Source: Tubiluchus corallicola (lineage: Eukaryota; Animalia; Priapulida). From it: 64,000 nt of DNA. The notes below the pieces were generated by a model, which saw only the letters and a list, made by a program, of their open reading frames with translations, was not told the origin of the DNA and searched no databases. This document shows, piece by piece, positions 51,926 to 64,000 of the stretch; positions within the stretch are counted from its first letter, which is position 1, and every line of letters begins with the position of its first letter. Both the position numbers and the translations under genes were made by a program. Location: positions 372,001 to 436,000 of the forward strand of contig JAQGDQ010000120.1 of NCBI GenBank assembly GCA_030141605.1, read 5' to 3'.

Positions 51926-52030
51926 TTAATCTAACTGTTCAAAACAGTTTTTCTGAACTATGAGTTATTTATGTTTTTTTCTTATGGAAAAGTTAGGGTG
52001 CAATGCACAGCCAGTGCGTGTCTTTATATG

Positions 52031-52394
52031 TAGGGATGAGCACTCTCTGTCAGAAAAGGAGTCAAATCGAATTTCAAGATTTTGAATCTGAATCGATTCA
52101 AATTCAGTTTTAAAGATTTTCATGTGAATTTTCGAATCATTAATAAAAAGCAGTGTCGCAGAGATCATGTGTATTGCTTGATTTGTTCTGCAGCTAAAAA
52201 CACTAATAATAATTCAAAGACTGTGTACAAAAATTGCAACTAAATTGTGCTTATTGCATGTTGCTTCAGACATTTTAGTGATAAAGAACATATGTAGTTG
52301 AAGTGGTGTATTATTTGAATCCATAATTTTAAATTCGAGCTGAATTCGAATTAAACAAAACTCGTTCGTTTCGAATGTTCACTGCTCACCACTA
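52031..52394. mobile_element. hAT-type MITE
   Basis: Ends TAGGGATGAGCA / TGCTCACCACTA, subterminal ttcgaa-type repeats, flanks tttatatg/ttgatata (6 of 8 match). Confidence 0.65.
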
Positions 52395-52777
52395 TTGATA
52401 TATGTTATGTGGTCATTGCTTGTAATTACTCTTTTACTGAAAAGTAACTGGGTGAAGAAAATTTCTTGATGTCTTGTCATGACTTTGGGAAATGCTGTTA
52501 TGAACCCAAATTTCAGTGTCCTTGTTACCACGTTTACCACGTTTGTAGCATATTGCTATACACATTAGTAAAGGTGAAAAGCAATGTTCAACAAAAATTA
52601 ACTTGAAAAAGATGAAATCAGAAAAAGTCTGCTGCGTCGTTAGCTCATTATATTTAAATTGTAGATGAAATTTAGTGTGAACTTCCTTTCGACATTTTTA
52701 CTATTTTTATGAGAAAATATGAGGATGTAGAGCTGCAAAAAATTTCTATGATAATTTAATATTTTCTTTTTTCATAG

Positions 52778-52875
52778 GTGTTTTCATAGCTCGTGGAAAA
52801 GAAGATGCCCTTGTCACAAAGAATATGGTGTTGGGCGAGTCAGTTTATGGTGAGAAGCGGATATCAGTTGATGCT
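52778..52875 (+). CDS. FBL: Fibrillarin exon 4
   Basis: ttcatAG|(G)[32 protein letters not shown]|GTAAGC. Confidence 0.97.
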
Positions 52876-53514
52876 GTAAGCAGTCCGTTGGCTTAAGCTT
52901 GGTGTTCACAAGTGGCAAAATTCCAATGTTTGGTACATGATGCACGATACACAAACGACTGCTACTCATTACATGAATGGAACGAACAAAATTTTAGGCA
53001 TTTGCAATTATACATGAACAAAACGAAGGAAGATTTGAAAAAATAACGACAATACAAAAAATACAACGACAAAAACTTATTGCAGTTAAATAGTTGATAA
53101 TAATTAAAATTAGACCGATGTCCTACCACTGATACAAACATTTAGTGCTTAACTGTCCGCGTGTATTATTCCTCGTAAAAATGCAAAGCACTGGTCTATG
53201 CTATCTAAGTTGTAAGTATTAACGTTGTCAAAAATTTTGGTTACCTGCCAATTGATAAAAAACTTTAGCTGTTTTGGACATTTGTCACTCATCGGATTGT
53301 AACAATGTCTATAATCGTGCTGTTGTTTTCCAAAAATTTTTTGTTTATACATGCACTGCATGAAGTTTTTGTAGCATTTTGATTTTGCAAATTAGGAAAA
53401 GGTCAAAATCAATCTTTAACTACTGCAGATAAGATTAGCACCATTTTTAAATGCTTATCTTATTGCCAGAAGGTTGTACGTGTGCGTGAGCAGTACTGTT
53501 ATGTTTTATTGCAG

Positions 53515-53682
53515 GATGACAAAAAAATCGAGTATCGGGTGTGGAATCCCTTTCGATCAAAGCTTGCTGCTGCCATTTTGGGTGGAGTTGATAAAATATA
53601 CATGAAGCCTGGAGATAAAGTATTATACCTTGGTGCTGCTTCAGGGACTACAGTTTCTCATGTATCGGATATAGTGGGACCG
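53515..53682 (+). CDS. FBL: Fibrillarin exon 5
   Basis: ttgcAG|[56 protein letters not shown]|GTTAGT; includes the SAM-binding motif. Confidence 0.98.
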
Positions 53683-53748
53683 GTTAGTACACCAGCACGA
53701 TACCAAAATAAATATGAATATTTTACTGAGTGCAACCTTAATAATATA

Positions 53749-55821
53749 CGGTATATACGTGTGTACAAGTCGACCTTATGCACGAGTCGATGTGCATTTT
53801 AAGACCAAAAATTGCATCATTTTATATATTACCTGTGTACAAGTCCACCATAAAATATTAAGATCTTCCAGAGTAAATGATGTCAACATTGGCCATGTAA
53901 TAAATCAATAGCCTACTGTGTTAGTGTGTAAGATACGTGCAAGTGCCGAGTATATTATACCTACCTGATGTATGTGTATATATATATATTCACGTTGAGG
54001 ACCCTCAATGCAATCCATGATAATGCAGCCTGGCCTTTCATCGCTTATAATTGTTTGTAATGCCTTTAACCATAGGATATCACGTCCAGGATCCGTCGTA
54101 ACATTTAAGTCGCTGATTTCTCATTTAAAACTAAAAACTCATACCTGAAACATCACAGTTTTATTCAGTAACATCTGTAACGTGCCGAGGGTTATTTGGT
54201 TAAAAACAAAATAACTCCTGCCACCATTGTAACGTTTTGAAGGCTATTGCATTCCTAATTTTTATATAATGATCAGGAAAATATACTACATGTATTTTCA
54301 CGGGTTCATCTGCTGTTTTTTAAGGCTGCTTAGTTAAAAACAAAACAAGATGAAACATAAATTTTAAAGCTATAATTATTACAAAAGAAGAGCACAACAA
54401 CAAGTCAACAATAAGAGCTCAAAATTACTACTTGTGGCTTGCTGTGAATACCCCCAAGGAAAGATGAGGATAGGAAAATGAATGCGCATAACTTATCTGA
54501 ATGTTCATGACGATGTTGTGCACAACTTGACGATCCTCCCACAATGACAACGCTGACGCCGGCAACATGACGATCCTCCAAGAGCCATAACAATGCAGAT
54601 GACGACAGCTAATCAACAGCTTCCAGCAACCCTCTTGTAGTCTACAACACCAACGTACCAACAGCTGACTGGAATGGAATAACATCACACTTCTTTGGCT
54701 TGACCATCTCTTCAAACCATGTAACAGCAACGAGACTGAGAAAGACAGGCTATACAACAGGAACACTGTCCTTTTGGCCAAAACAACACTTAGCTCAGCT
54801 CTCCATGGTAAAGAAGTTACATCACAGATCGTGTACCAGCCTTTCCAGACAAATACGTTAACTACAGGTATGTTGGAACATGCCCACTGGTCAGACCAAC
54901 AGTAAATGTCTGTACCAGTGAAAAGTATCAACTCAACTGTTCAGATCAGGTATTGCTTTTTCTGCATAAGCAAACGAAACACTCCAACAGGTAAGTACAA
55001 ACCATTTTAAGTGACAGGGGTGAGGAGATGATGAAATGAAAGAACACATACAGCAGTGCAAGGAAAGCAAGCCATTTACTATCAAAATTAGCAGCACGCA
55101 CCTCACAATATCTTTTGAATAGAAATACACCTCAATTTTCAAATATTAATTCCGTTTATGCGTATTTACGCTAGATTTTCAACAGTTGGTATCAATCTGA
55201 AGATCGTTCTTGCTTCCATGTTTACAAGTCCGACCTTATTAATTATGCATGCAGTCCTCCTTTCAACACAACTCGTCACAGGGTACTTTTTCTAATCAAT
55301 CACAGGCATTTTTATAAAAGCGCTAATTGAAGCGGGGCACCCATATTCGCCTGCAAGCTTTTCATATGCTTCTCTTGTAGACTAGTATGGTATGTGTCAC
55401 GTACATAGTAATGTAAGTAAACATGTATTGCATGTGCTTGTATATTGTGTGTAAGCCGACAGGCGACAGCACCTGCACAACATTAGCGATTTCCATGTTC
55501 TGATCGAGTGCTCCGTCGCTAGTTTATTTACTGGTAATATATAAATTTTAACTTAATTTCAGATACATTAAAATAAATTACAGCAATATTTGTTAATTTT
55601 GTGAAGTAATATCAAGGTGCGAACATTCTCTGATGTGAAGTATCACAATATGAGTGTTCATTCAGTCCAGCGCATAATGAAGGATTATTTCTTTACATAT
55701 TCGTATTGTAGACAACTCTTTAGCGACATCTCCCGAAAACATAAGTAAGTATAAGTCGACCCCAAAAATTTCCCCTTAAAATCATCTCCCAAAAATTCGA
55801 CTTGTACATAAGTATATACAG
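53749..55821. mobile_element. Tc2/pogo-type non-autonomous DNA transposon (about 2.07 kb)
   Basis: TA|CGGTATATACGTGTGTACAAGTCGA ... TCGACTTGTACATAAGTATATACAG|TA (25-bp TIR, 3 mismatches); internal repeats of the taagtcgacc-like motif. Confidence 0.82.
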
Positions 55822-56048
55822 TAATATAATAAGACGTCTCTTAAAGACTTCTCATTTAGCAACATTTTGTTTTGATTATGACAAACTTTTACCCCTTTTT
55901 TCACATTTAACCATATATGTTTCATATTAATGGGGGTGAGTTTTTGGCCAAACTACTATTATTGTTATTCTTGTTATATTAATATTATTATTGATTTTTG
56001 CATTGTCAATTTTTGCTCCCAGAACACGTCTCTGTGCTTTTACATTAA

Positions 56049-56500
56049 AGAAAAACTGAACGATTTTTCGTATTCTATCCCATTTTGAAGTACTGTAAAT
56101 AGTATACATTTTAACGTTTATAATGCCAAAGTGTTTCTGATAATTGTACAGTACCTTTAAAACTTAATTAATGCCCGGCATCACAATTGAACATAGTTTT
56201 GTAATGGTGCAAACACCATGCACATCTGCCGTGCGTGTTTGCAAAATCTAAAATTGAGATGTACTGGTATTGTACAAGCATTCACTGTGATTCACAAAAA
56301 CTCTGGAAGTTTAAGCTTGAAAGTTTAAATATCAAGTTTACTGTTGTGCTAACTCACAAATTTTCGAATATGTGTGTCACACGAAATGTGTTTATAGATT
56401 AGGAATGGCGTTTATTTTTTGTGCAGTGCATTTCTGAGATGCAGGCCCTGGTGCCCATCTAGCGGGAATGGTAGAATGCATGCATGGCATGCAACCGCGA
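56049..56500 (-). mobile_element. Diverged Kolobok-type copy
   Basis: TTAA|AGAAAAACTG start; body is the reverse complement of the family (e.g. gtttctgataatt, aacttaattaatg, gtgcccatcta). Right boundary approximate. Confidence 0.65.
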
Positions 56501-56740
56501 AAGATAACAACTGAAATGTGAAAAAAGTCTATTTAAGAGACATACAACGAGAAGCTAATTAAAATGAGCTTAAACTTGCATTTGAAAATTAAATAAACCA
56601 CCTGAGATAAAACTATTTAAGCAAGGACTTGCTGTACTGTGTGTTTAAAAATCCTTGCTTTTTGTTGTCAAGTTATAATTTTGTTTATGAACACCTGTTA
56701 TTAATTATACTGCTATTAATATGTTGTAATATTTATTCAG

Positions 56741-56873
56741 GAAGGCCTAGTATATGCTGTTGAGTTTTCTCATCGCTCTGGTCGGGATCTCATTAATGTT
56801 GCCAAAAAACGCACTAACATCATTCCAATAATAGAAGATGCTCGGCATCCACAAAAATATAGAATGTTAGTTG
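56741..56873 (+). CDS. FBL: Fibrillarin exon 6
   Basis: ttcAG|[45 protein letters not shown]|GTAAGT. Confidence 0.98.
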
Positions 56874-57491
56874 GTAAGTTTGCTGGTAGGCTACTGTTAC
56901 TTAATTTGTGAGAACCCAACTCTGATTTCAAGGTTGTCCTCAAGCTAGAGGTTTTCGGACCTTTAAATTTTATACATCACTTTTAAAATACTTGTGTACA
57001 CAGCGCTATAGAACCAATAAGCATTTGATATTTTTTCCAAAGAAACTAAATCATAAAATTCCAATTATTTGTAATTGACTCTAGGGAGGGTGCAGTGTGC
57101 GATTGTTGAATGATGCTTCACCACTGATGTATGTAAACACAAAATAGAGACAAGGGTGACAAATTTAGCTTCTTTTATTTTGTCCTGCAAAAGTAGTAGC
57201 TTTTGCCTGTTTTGAAACTAGCAACGTGGATAGTATGCATGTAAAGTTCTACATCGAATGTGAGACTGAAGCTTGAAATGTGGAGAAACAATTGGAAATA
57301 GTTGAGACAAATGTGAAATAAATAGGAGAACAGACATTTGTGAAAGACCTGCACTGCAGTAACAATGCAAGTGATTGCCTGACAGTATCAGAACTAGTTG
57401 AGTATTGTGACAAAGAGGTGTACGTTAAATCTATTTTTATTACCCATTCTTCAATGTGCTTATTAATAATTGGCTTGTACTGTGCTTTCAG

Positions 57492-57604
57492 CAATGGTCG
57501 ACACAATATTTGCAGATGTGGCTCAGCCGGATCAAGCTCGAATTGTAGCCATTAATGCACACCATTTTCTCAAAAATAATGGCCATTTTGTAATATCAAT
57601 CAAG
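57492..57604 (+). CDS. FBL: Fibrillarin exon 7
   Basis: tttcAG|(A)[37 protein letters not shown]|GTAATT. Confidence 0.98.
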
Positions 57605-58199
57605 GTAATTACTAATTTCTTATTAACTTTTTTTCTGTTCATAATTGTTAATGGACTCATTAACACAGACAGTAACCTTTTACGAAATTACAGTTATTGC
57701 ACAGATTATACTACGGTGGCGCGGAAAAAATGTGCTGAAGCATAGACTGGGCCAGAATTTCTATGCTAATCTCCCCTCTTGACTTTTTTGCTCTTGGCGT
57801 ATTCTACTATATGCACTTGTGAGTTTATTTAGTTACTTCCCAAGTGTGTTTTCACTCAGAAACTGCATGCAAAAATTGTAGGGTTCTGTGTTCGTTGCCA
57901 AGCCAACAAAAACGCAAACTCGGGACAGATGGTGTAAAATACGAAATTGCTGATTTGTCAAGTTATCAGTGAAATTTTGCAGTTTCGCTTCCAGAATTTC
58001 TTGTAAACCTGGCATTACAAAGAAAACAATAAACAAAATTCTAAATGGTTTGGTCTGAATCAGGAAATGTTAGGTCTCATTCTGAATAAGAGGTTAGTAT
58101 TGATAGTGATTAATTATAATAAATCATTTCAATTGAAATTCAGTCTTCACGCTTCATCCTGGATTCTCTGGATTCTTGTAAAATGTCATGCTGCTTAGA

Positions 58200-58918
58200 T
58201 TCTGGCACTGAGACTACAATAATATTAGAAATAAGTGTTCTACAAAATTGAAACTTCATAGCATTGTATTTGCAATACATTAACTTTTGTCTGTAAAAGT
58301 TACTAGTTTATGCTTTTGATAGTTTTTAAGTTATGACCGAAAAGGGATTAAAAAAGTAAGTGCTGAAACAAGTCAACCATAATTATCAAATGGAAAACAG
58401 CCGTATAAAGCACTCAATACATGACAGCAAAGCAATAAAGACGTCAACCTGTTTACGTAATATTCTTCACCACAGAAAATAAAGCATTGATACAGATTTG
58501 TTGCCAAAAAATCGGACTTAATATCTGGATAATAGTATCTGGAACTCCCTTCAAGAGAAAGTGTACAGTGGCTGCACAGAACTGTTTGATGCATTGGGTG
58601 CTGGGGCCAAATACTCCTTAAAGAAGTAATAAATTGTATCAGCTGTTAGAAGAAACACCTTCGTGTGGTGAACACCTCGCAGTGAAAATGGTGAACACAC
58701 AGCACTTGCTGTAAATTTTAGCAATATTGACACAAAATTTTTCCCGCATTTATCTTTTTAATTTGTTGTTTTAAAACTTCAGCATCTTAGGAAATGTCTA
58801 AGAGAGTGACCTAAAATTGTTGGTGTTTAACATCAGTATGGTAATTTTCAAGCAATTCCTTTAGTTTCTTATAATATTGTGATCAAAACTTTGACACATT
58901 TTTTTGCATCACCTGATA
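58200..58918 (+). mobile_element. Degenerate Tc1/mariner (maT-like) element
   Basis: Remnant LDNSIWNSLQEKVY (about 58525-58567) resembles DLNPLDYSIW..L...VY; TIR-like end tttttttgcatcacctgata; homologous to 29955-30700. Left boundary approximate. Confidence 0.55.
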
Positions 58919-61900
58919 TAAGTTTATATTTTCTCTTGCTTTGCAAACTTCTTTGAAAAATTTTGACTGGATGATCTTGTCCGTACTCCATGCTGTTTTT
59001 GCGTGAGATCAGGCGAGATATTGCGTGACTTTACGATATTACGATATGAATTTACGATATTCTTTAGAATATGGTGTTTGGTGAGTAATATCAGCGCTTA
59101 TTACTTCGAAACACAAACCTTGCATCAGCAGATACGATTAGCTGAAGCTGTACAAGCCCACAAAGTTGAAATGGGACAATTTTTACATTCTACTAAACAT
59201 AGATTAATTGGGCTTAAAAGGTTAAAAGACCTCACACTGAGTTATTATCAGACTTTGAACTTAAATTTTTGCACCAAGCTGTTCTTTGCTTAAATATAAA
59301 ATGTACCAAAGCCAGGTCATTCTTGTGCCCGGAATAATACGAGCGTTTGGAAAATGGTTCCATTAGGTCCATCTAACCCAACTAAATCTGTTCTACATCA
59401 AGTCCACAAATGCTGGAAACCACATTAGCACCGACTTAAAGCAATGATGATAAATTTAATAGTATAAGAGACAAAGAGAAAAATGAGCAATTTATACTTT
59501 TTATTAATCATCAGCAGCCAGACAATTTTTAGAACCGAATCAAAATTAGAAAGCACTAATCCAACATATGCCACTTTTCCCTGATGAGTATGAGTTGACT
59601 CAAAAGGTTACAGATCAACCTGATGGCATGGTTTTTGTAACTTATAAATCAAATTTAACTGCAAATTTAGTAAATGTGTGGGCTATAGACCGTGAATTTG
59701 CATTAATGAATTTACAGTTTCATACCGCAGATGCGCTTTTGTAGCTTCTGTCTCCACCTGGAAATTGCGCTACAAGTTTAATAAACTTGGATGAAAATAT
59801 AAAGAAAATTTGTGAAAGACATCCCCAAAACCAACAAAAAACATAGTTTTTTGGCAAATATAGCATGCAGCAACATGTCAGTGGTGAAACAAAACCAGCA
59901 GGTAGCAAAAACTTATTTGTAACAACTAATGCTTCGCTAGTTACAAAGGTGGAGAGAGAACCAGAAATATCCGAAATAACAAAGGAAACCTGCCACCAAG
60001 TCTATATGTTTGATAGAGCAGACAACCTCGAGCTAAAATGTGACACCAAACTTCCTGACTCATAATTTTCTTGAGAGTCCCCGAATAACAGGCCGATTGA
60101 AGAAAAAGTAAATTGGAATCTGCCTAAAGAAGTCTACAAAATTAAACAATCATGTCCCTGCTAGGGTGATGAAGTCCAGGGGGAGACTACAAGAAATGAG
60201 AAAACATAACTCATAATAAATAGATAGGCTTCATAATAAAATGAAGACAATCAACTCTTCACAGCACTGGCAATTCTACAGGGTTCAGAAGAATAAATCA
60301 ACTTCTACGTCAGTCTCATCATACCATCTCAACAGTATTAATGGTAAAAGCTTAGACTTCGACCTCAAAATGTTTTGGTCTTTTGGTCATATTTTATGGA
60401 TGAAAATCTGGGTGTTCCAATAAAAGATGGGATGAAAAATGGTGAAATAAGTACAAACATCTAATACCCAGTTATCAATGTTAAAAAAAAAAGTAACTGG
60501 TAAAGCATAGTAGACAGTATACTATGTGGAATGTGTTTGTGCATTGCTAATTTTAGCAAAAGTGTGAGTAAAATGTTATTGTGAGAGCTCTTGCTAGCAA
60601 ATAACGAATAAGCTTGAGTTTTAAGATATTCTGTTAACAAAAACCTTGTTGACTTTCTGATGCGGCCTTGGTGAAATTCTACTGTATTGCCATGCCAATG
60701 TCCCCTCAGTCTAAACTGTTAGTGGTAAGCATTAGTAATTCGCCGTATTTATGCGCATTTTTCTCACAGACTCATTGTAAGTTTATATTCAGTGTAATCA
60801 TAAATGAATAATCTTGAAACTTGTGGCTATAATTTCATATAAGATGACCGTGTTGTACAATTCAAGTGAGCTACCCAAATTTGGAAAGTGATTGCTTTTC
60901 ACACAAGTCTTAAGAGCTGCTGTGCATTTGCTTAGATTCAAACAGTCAGAAATGATCCCATCATGAAATGTCATTAATGAAGCACTGCCTATTTTAGCCA
61001 TGGGAGCGCTAGTTTTAATGGCTTAACTTTTTTCAATTTATTACAATCAGGATTGTAAACAGAGCAAATGCATTAATTGGCTATTATTTGCTTCTATCAT
61101 CATCCTGTTGTTACTTTTATGCATACGTGTACAACAAGAGAGCATTAGTTATTTTTTACACTATACAGTAATTACACATAAGAAATTTAACTGTTTTCTT
61201 GCATTAAAGCAAGATTTTTTTGTTTTGACAAAATACTTTGAATCAATCACGATTAGTGTTTTCAGCCTGAAAAACAAAAAACTTTTGAAACTCAGATACA
61301 CAAACATGAACACTGACAATACAAAAGTGCAAAATGCATCTGTCTCATGATTGTTACGTACATTTGTATCCAGTTGATTGGAGTCATATGTGCGTCTATC
61401 AGTTCAGAGAGCAGTGATAGATTGCACCTGAACACCAGCTCCTTTTTACTCTTCGCGTAGGATGAATAATAATAATGTGCTGCCCTCTCTGGAGAACGAT
61501 AGCAAGCAGTATTGATTTTGGTAGCAGATGTTGGAAAGCCACTGGCAGTGAGTAAGCTTCTCTGGTGATGCTGTTTCAGCTGAGTCAAAGTGCAATTCAC
61601 TGTACATTGATATTACCCTAATTAATACTTACTGAATGTTAACCTGTCTTGGATTTAGACTCGCATAATCTTTAACTCTAATGCGCTGTCATTGATATGT
61701 AAAGAGTTATGATACTATGAATTTTAACTGGTCTGTTAATGATGTTTTCTAAAAGTTTTTTGTAACTACAAGCTGCAATGATATTAAAGGTTTTTATTTT
61801 TTGTTTTTGCATTGTCACTATTTATGTACATCTGTTCTAGTATCAAAACTTGTTTTGTTTTTGTTTTTCAGTAGAAAATATTAGTTGTGAATTTATGGTT

Positions 61901-63034
61901 TAAATTATTTTTTGAAACTTTTTAATTTATGGTACAAATTATTGTACAAAAAGTCATTAAATTATGTTTATGTGTTATAGTTGTTTGTACAGCATAATAC
62001 TTAATATTATACTGGCAGTTTGAAATTCAGTTATGCATTTATTAGTCAGGAATAAATGAAATGAAATACTCCAAAATATAAATATTTTAGGTTCTATTGT
62101 TCAGTGTAGAAAATTCAAACTAATTCTCTTTTATTACACGTTTTTTTTTGTGTATACGTTATTGTAACAACTGAAGGTTGCAGCTCAGTAAGAGCCAATA
62201 TATTTGTTCTGTTTACACTTCCTTGAATCCTGATTGGTTCACAGCATCCTAATTGTGGTTGCCATGCCAACAAATTCTTAAATGTCAGGCAAATGCGGGT
62301 AGCCTACTTCTGCGAATATCCCTTAGATTCCAGGAGATGCGACTTACAGACGTAAACAACGCTTATTCAGCAGTTAGTCAGCATGTTATGAGTCAGCCAA
62401 TCCAGCTGGCTGGATGAAGCCAGTTTTACCACCTTGATTAGCAGCAACTTTTAGTTTTTGTTGCTGTAATGTCTCAGGAAACGAGAAGTAGAAGAAATTA
62501 CGACGTGACTAAAATTAATTAAAAATTTTCTTTATTTATACAGTTTTAATTGCTTATGTTGAAGTAGAAGTCTATTATAATTTGAAATATTAAGTTTGTG
62601 AATAATGTGAGATATTTCTCATTGCCTTTGCTTTTCTGTTTTGTCACATTCCTCTTACTGAGCAGACCGCAAAACATATCATGCAGGAATGCTAGTTAAT
62701 TACTATGGTCATCGTTTTCAGTGCTGTAACATTCGTAGCACTGGCTGTTCCCTTGCCACTGATAATTCTGCTAAAAATCCTGTCTTTGTTTATAGTAAAC
62801 ATTCATTTCGTGGATTTCATCTCAAATATCTAAAGTTTTTTATTTCATTTCAAGTATTTCAAAGTTTATAGTGTTTCAACCGTTGTTATGTGCAACACTG
62901 AGAATTTTTTTACCTCTGAATTGTATGTACTGAAAAATTTGAATTATTTATCATTCTTAAGGCCCTAAGGGTACCATAGACTCACCTTTGCTTGACAACT
63001 GGCATATTTTAGTGTATATTAATTGTTATTTCAG

Positions 63035-63180
63035 GCAAATTGCATTGATTCAACTGCCGAACCTGAAGCGGTTTTTGCTGGTGAAGTGAAGAAATTGCAA
63101 GCAGAGAAGTTTAAACCACAGGAACAGTTAACATTGGAGCCTTATGAAAGAGACCATGCTGTGGTGGTGGGTGCATATAG
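63035..63180 (+). CDS. FBL: Fibrillarin exon 8
   Basis: tttcAG|[50 protein letters not shown]|GTATGT. Confidence 0.98.
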
Positions 63181-63994
63181 GTATGTTAATTTTTCTTATG
63201 AAAAATCTTATAAAGTGCTTAATGTCTAACTATTTAATTAATTAGAATTAGGTGCAAAATTAAAATTTTATTCATTAATTATATGAAATATTCTAATGTA
63301 TTTAACTAATATACTTTTTTTATTAAAATACATCTCAAGTGTTTTATTTAAAATGTTTTTTAATTTTTAAAACAGTCAAGTTTTCTATATCATTGTCACT
63401 GTCTCACAAATATCAGAGTGTACTGTACAAAGAGCAATATAATGATTACTAAACAAGTATTGCAATGGAACATGTCTTGATAAAGTTTAATTTAATGCTA
63501 CAGTATAATATTTTTGAGAAAATGTATAATAAAAATGTGCAATTTGTTCCACAAGATTGTATCAGTTTGTATACTGCATCTTATTTTAATTAATTACTGT
63601 TGTTAACATTAAACTCAACTGTTCCTTTACACATACTAATTTTCTTTACTCTTAAAAAAGTTATCGAATAGGGATGTTATCGATATTTTTAAGTATTATC
63701 TCATTACTCATGCAGTGCAGTAAAGAGAGCTCTGAACAACTTACCTTTGAAATTTCTCTCTATTGACTGCCACTTCCTGTACGAATTCCTATACTGTGTG
63801 ATGAGAATATTAATGATACCCAAAGTTTATAATGTCATGTGGTAAAATTTGACTCCTACATAACAAGCTGTTCTTTGTTGTATTTTCTTGCAGTCAAGAC
63901 TCCCGTATGCAATACTGTCGAACGTTCAAGAAAAAATATTAATGTAATTCAAGTATGCATGTGTATGCTAACAAATTTTTTTTATATATTACAG

Positions 63995-64000
63995 GCCACC
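63995..64000 (+). CDS. FBL: Fibrillarin last coding exon (cut by the window edge)
   Basis: ttacAG|G CCA CC completes ...YR-P-P, matching the conserved YRPP C-terminal tail. Confidence 0.85.

Noticed and set aside
54405-55142. 167-aa ORF and neighbours inside the Tc2/pogo-type element
   Set aside because: No DDE or HTH motif. The plus strand has only faint, frameshifted hints of retroelement sequence, too weak to call.
59372-59384. CTAACCCAACT as a telomerase RNA template
   Set aside because: Not a match to a TTAGGG template repeat, and no supporting structure nearby.
61380-61609. Hairpins with a terminal ACA in fibrillarin intron 7
   Set aside because: Stems exist (cagtgagt/attcactg; tctatca/tgataga) but there is no adjacent H box and the pocket geometry is not canonical.
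46839-63994. Box C/D snoRNAs in fibrillarin introns
   Set aside because: TGATGA hits (51794, 55030, 59445, 59582, 60166, 63819) lack a suitably spaced CTGA with a terminal stem, or fall inside repeats.
1-64000. Prokaryote-type systems (CRISPR arrays, operons) and rRNA/tRNA genes
   Set aside because: The DNA is spliceosomal-intron eukaryotic sequence; I saw no repeat-spacer array, rRNA or complete tRNA cloverleaf.

Overview
AT-rich, intron-rich animal genomic DNA, probably an invertebrate (a lophotrochozoan is my inference). Minus strand: the 5' part of an SLC5A8/SLC5A12/NIS-clade sodium:solute symporter with two duplicated 236-nt ATG exons (7822-8057, 5523-5758) feeding one shared exon (2631-2739). 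Next come two spliced secreted-peptide precursor genes (15415-15466 + 14718-15178; 29277-29361 + 26106-26329). Each has a signal peptide, an acidic propeptide, a KR cleavage site and a C-terminal C-x3-C...C-x3-C peptide of the cystine-stabilised helical-hairpin type. Possible orphan signal-peptide exons lie between them. Plus strand: a complete 3-coding-exon CDC42 small effector (SPEC/CDC42SE) gene and a 9-exon fibrillarin gene whose last exon runs off the window. Introns and intergenic DNA hold many transposon relics (Tigger/pogo, hAT, Kolobok-type, Tc1/maT, Harbinger-like, a 62-bp P-like MITE, LINE fragments) and microsatellites. The best candidates for new biology are the helical-hairpin peptide cluster and the switchable first exon of the SLC5 transporter. 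All gene models were assembled by eye from splice sites and reading phase; none has transcript support.
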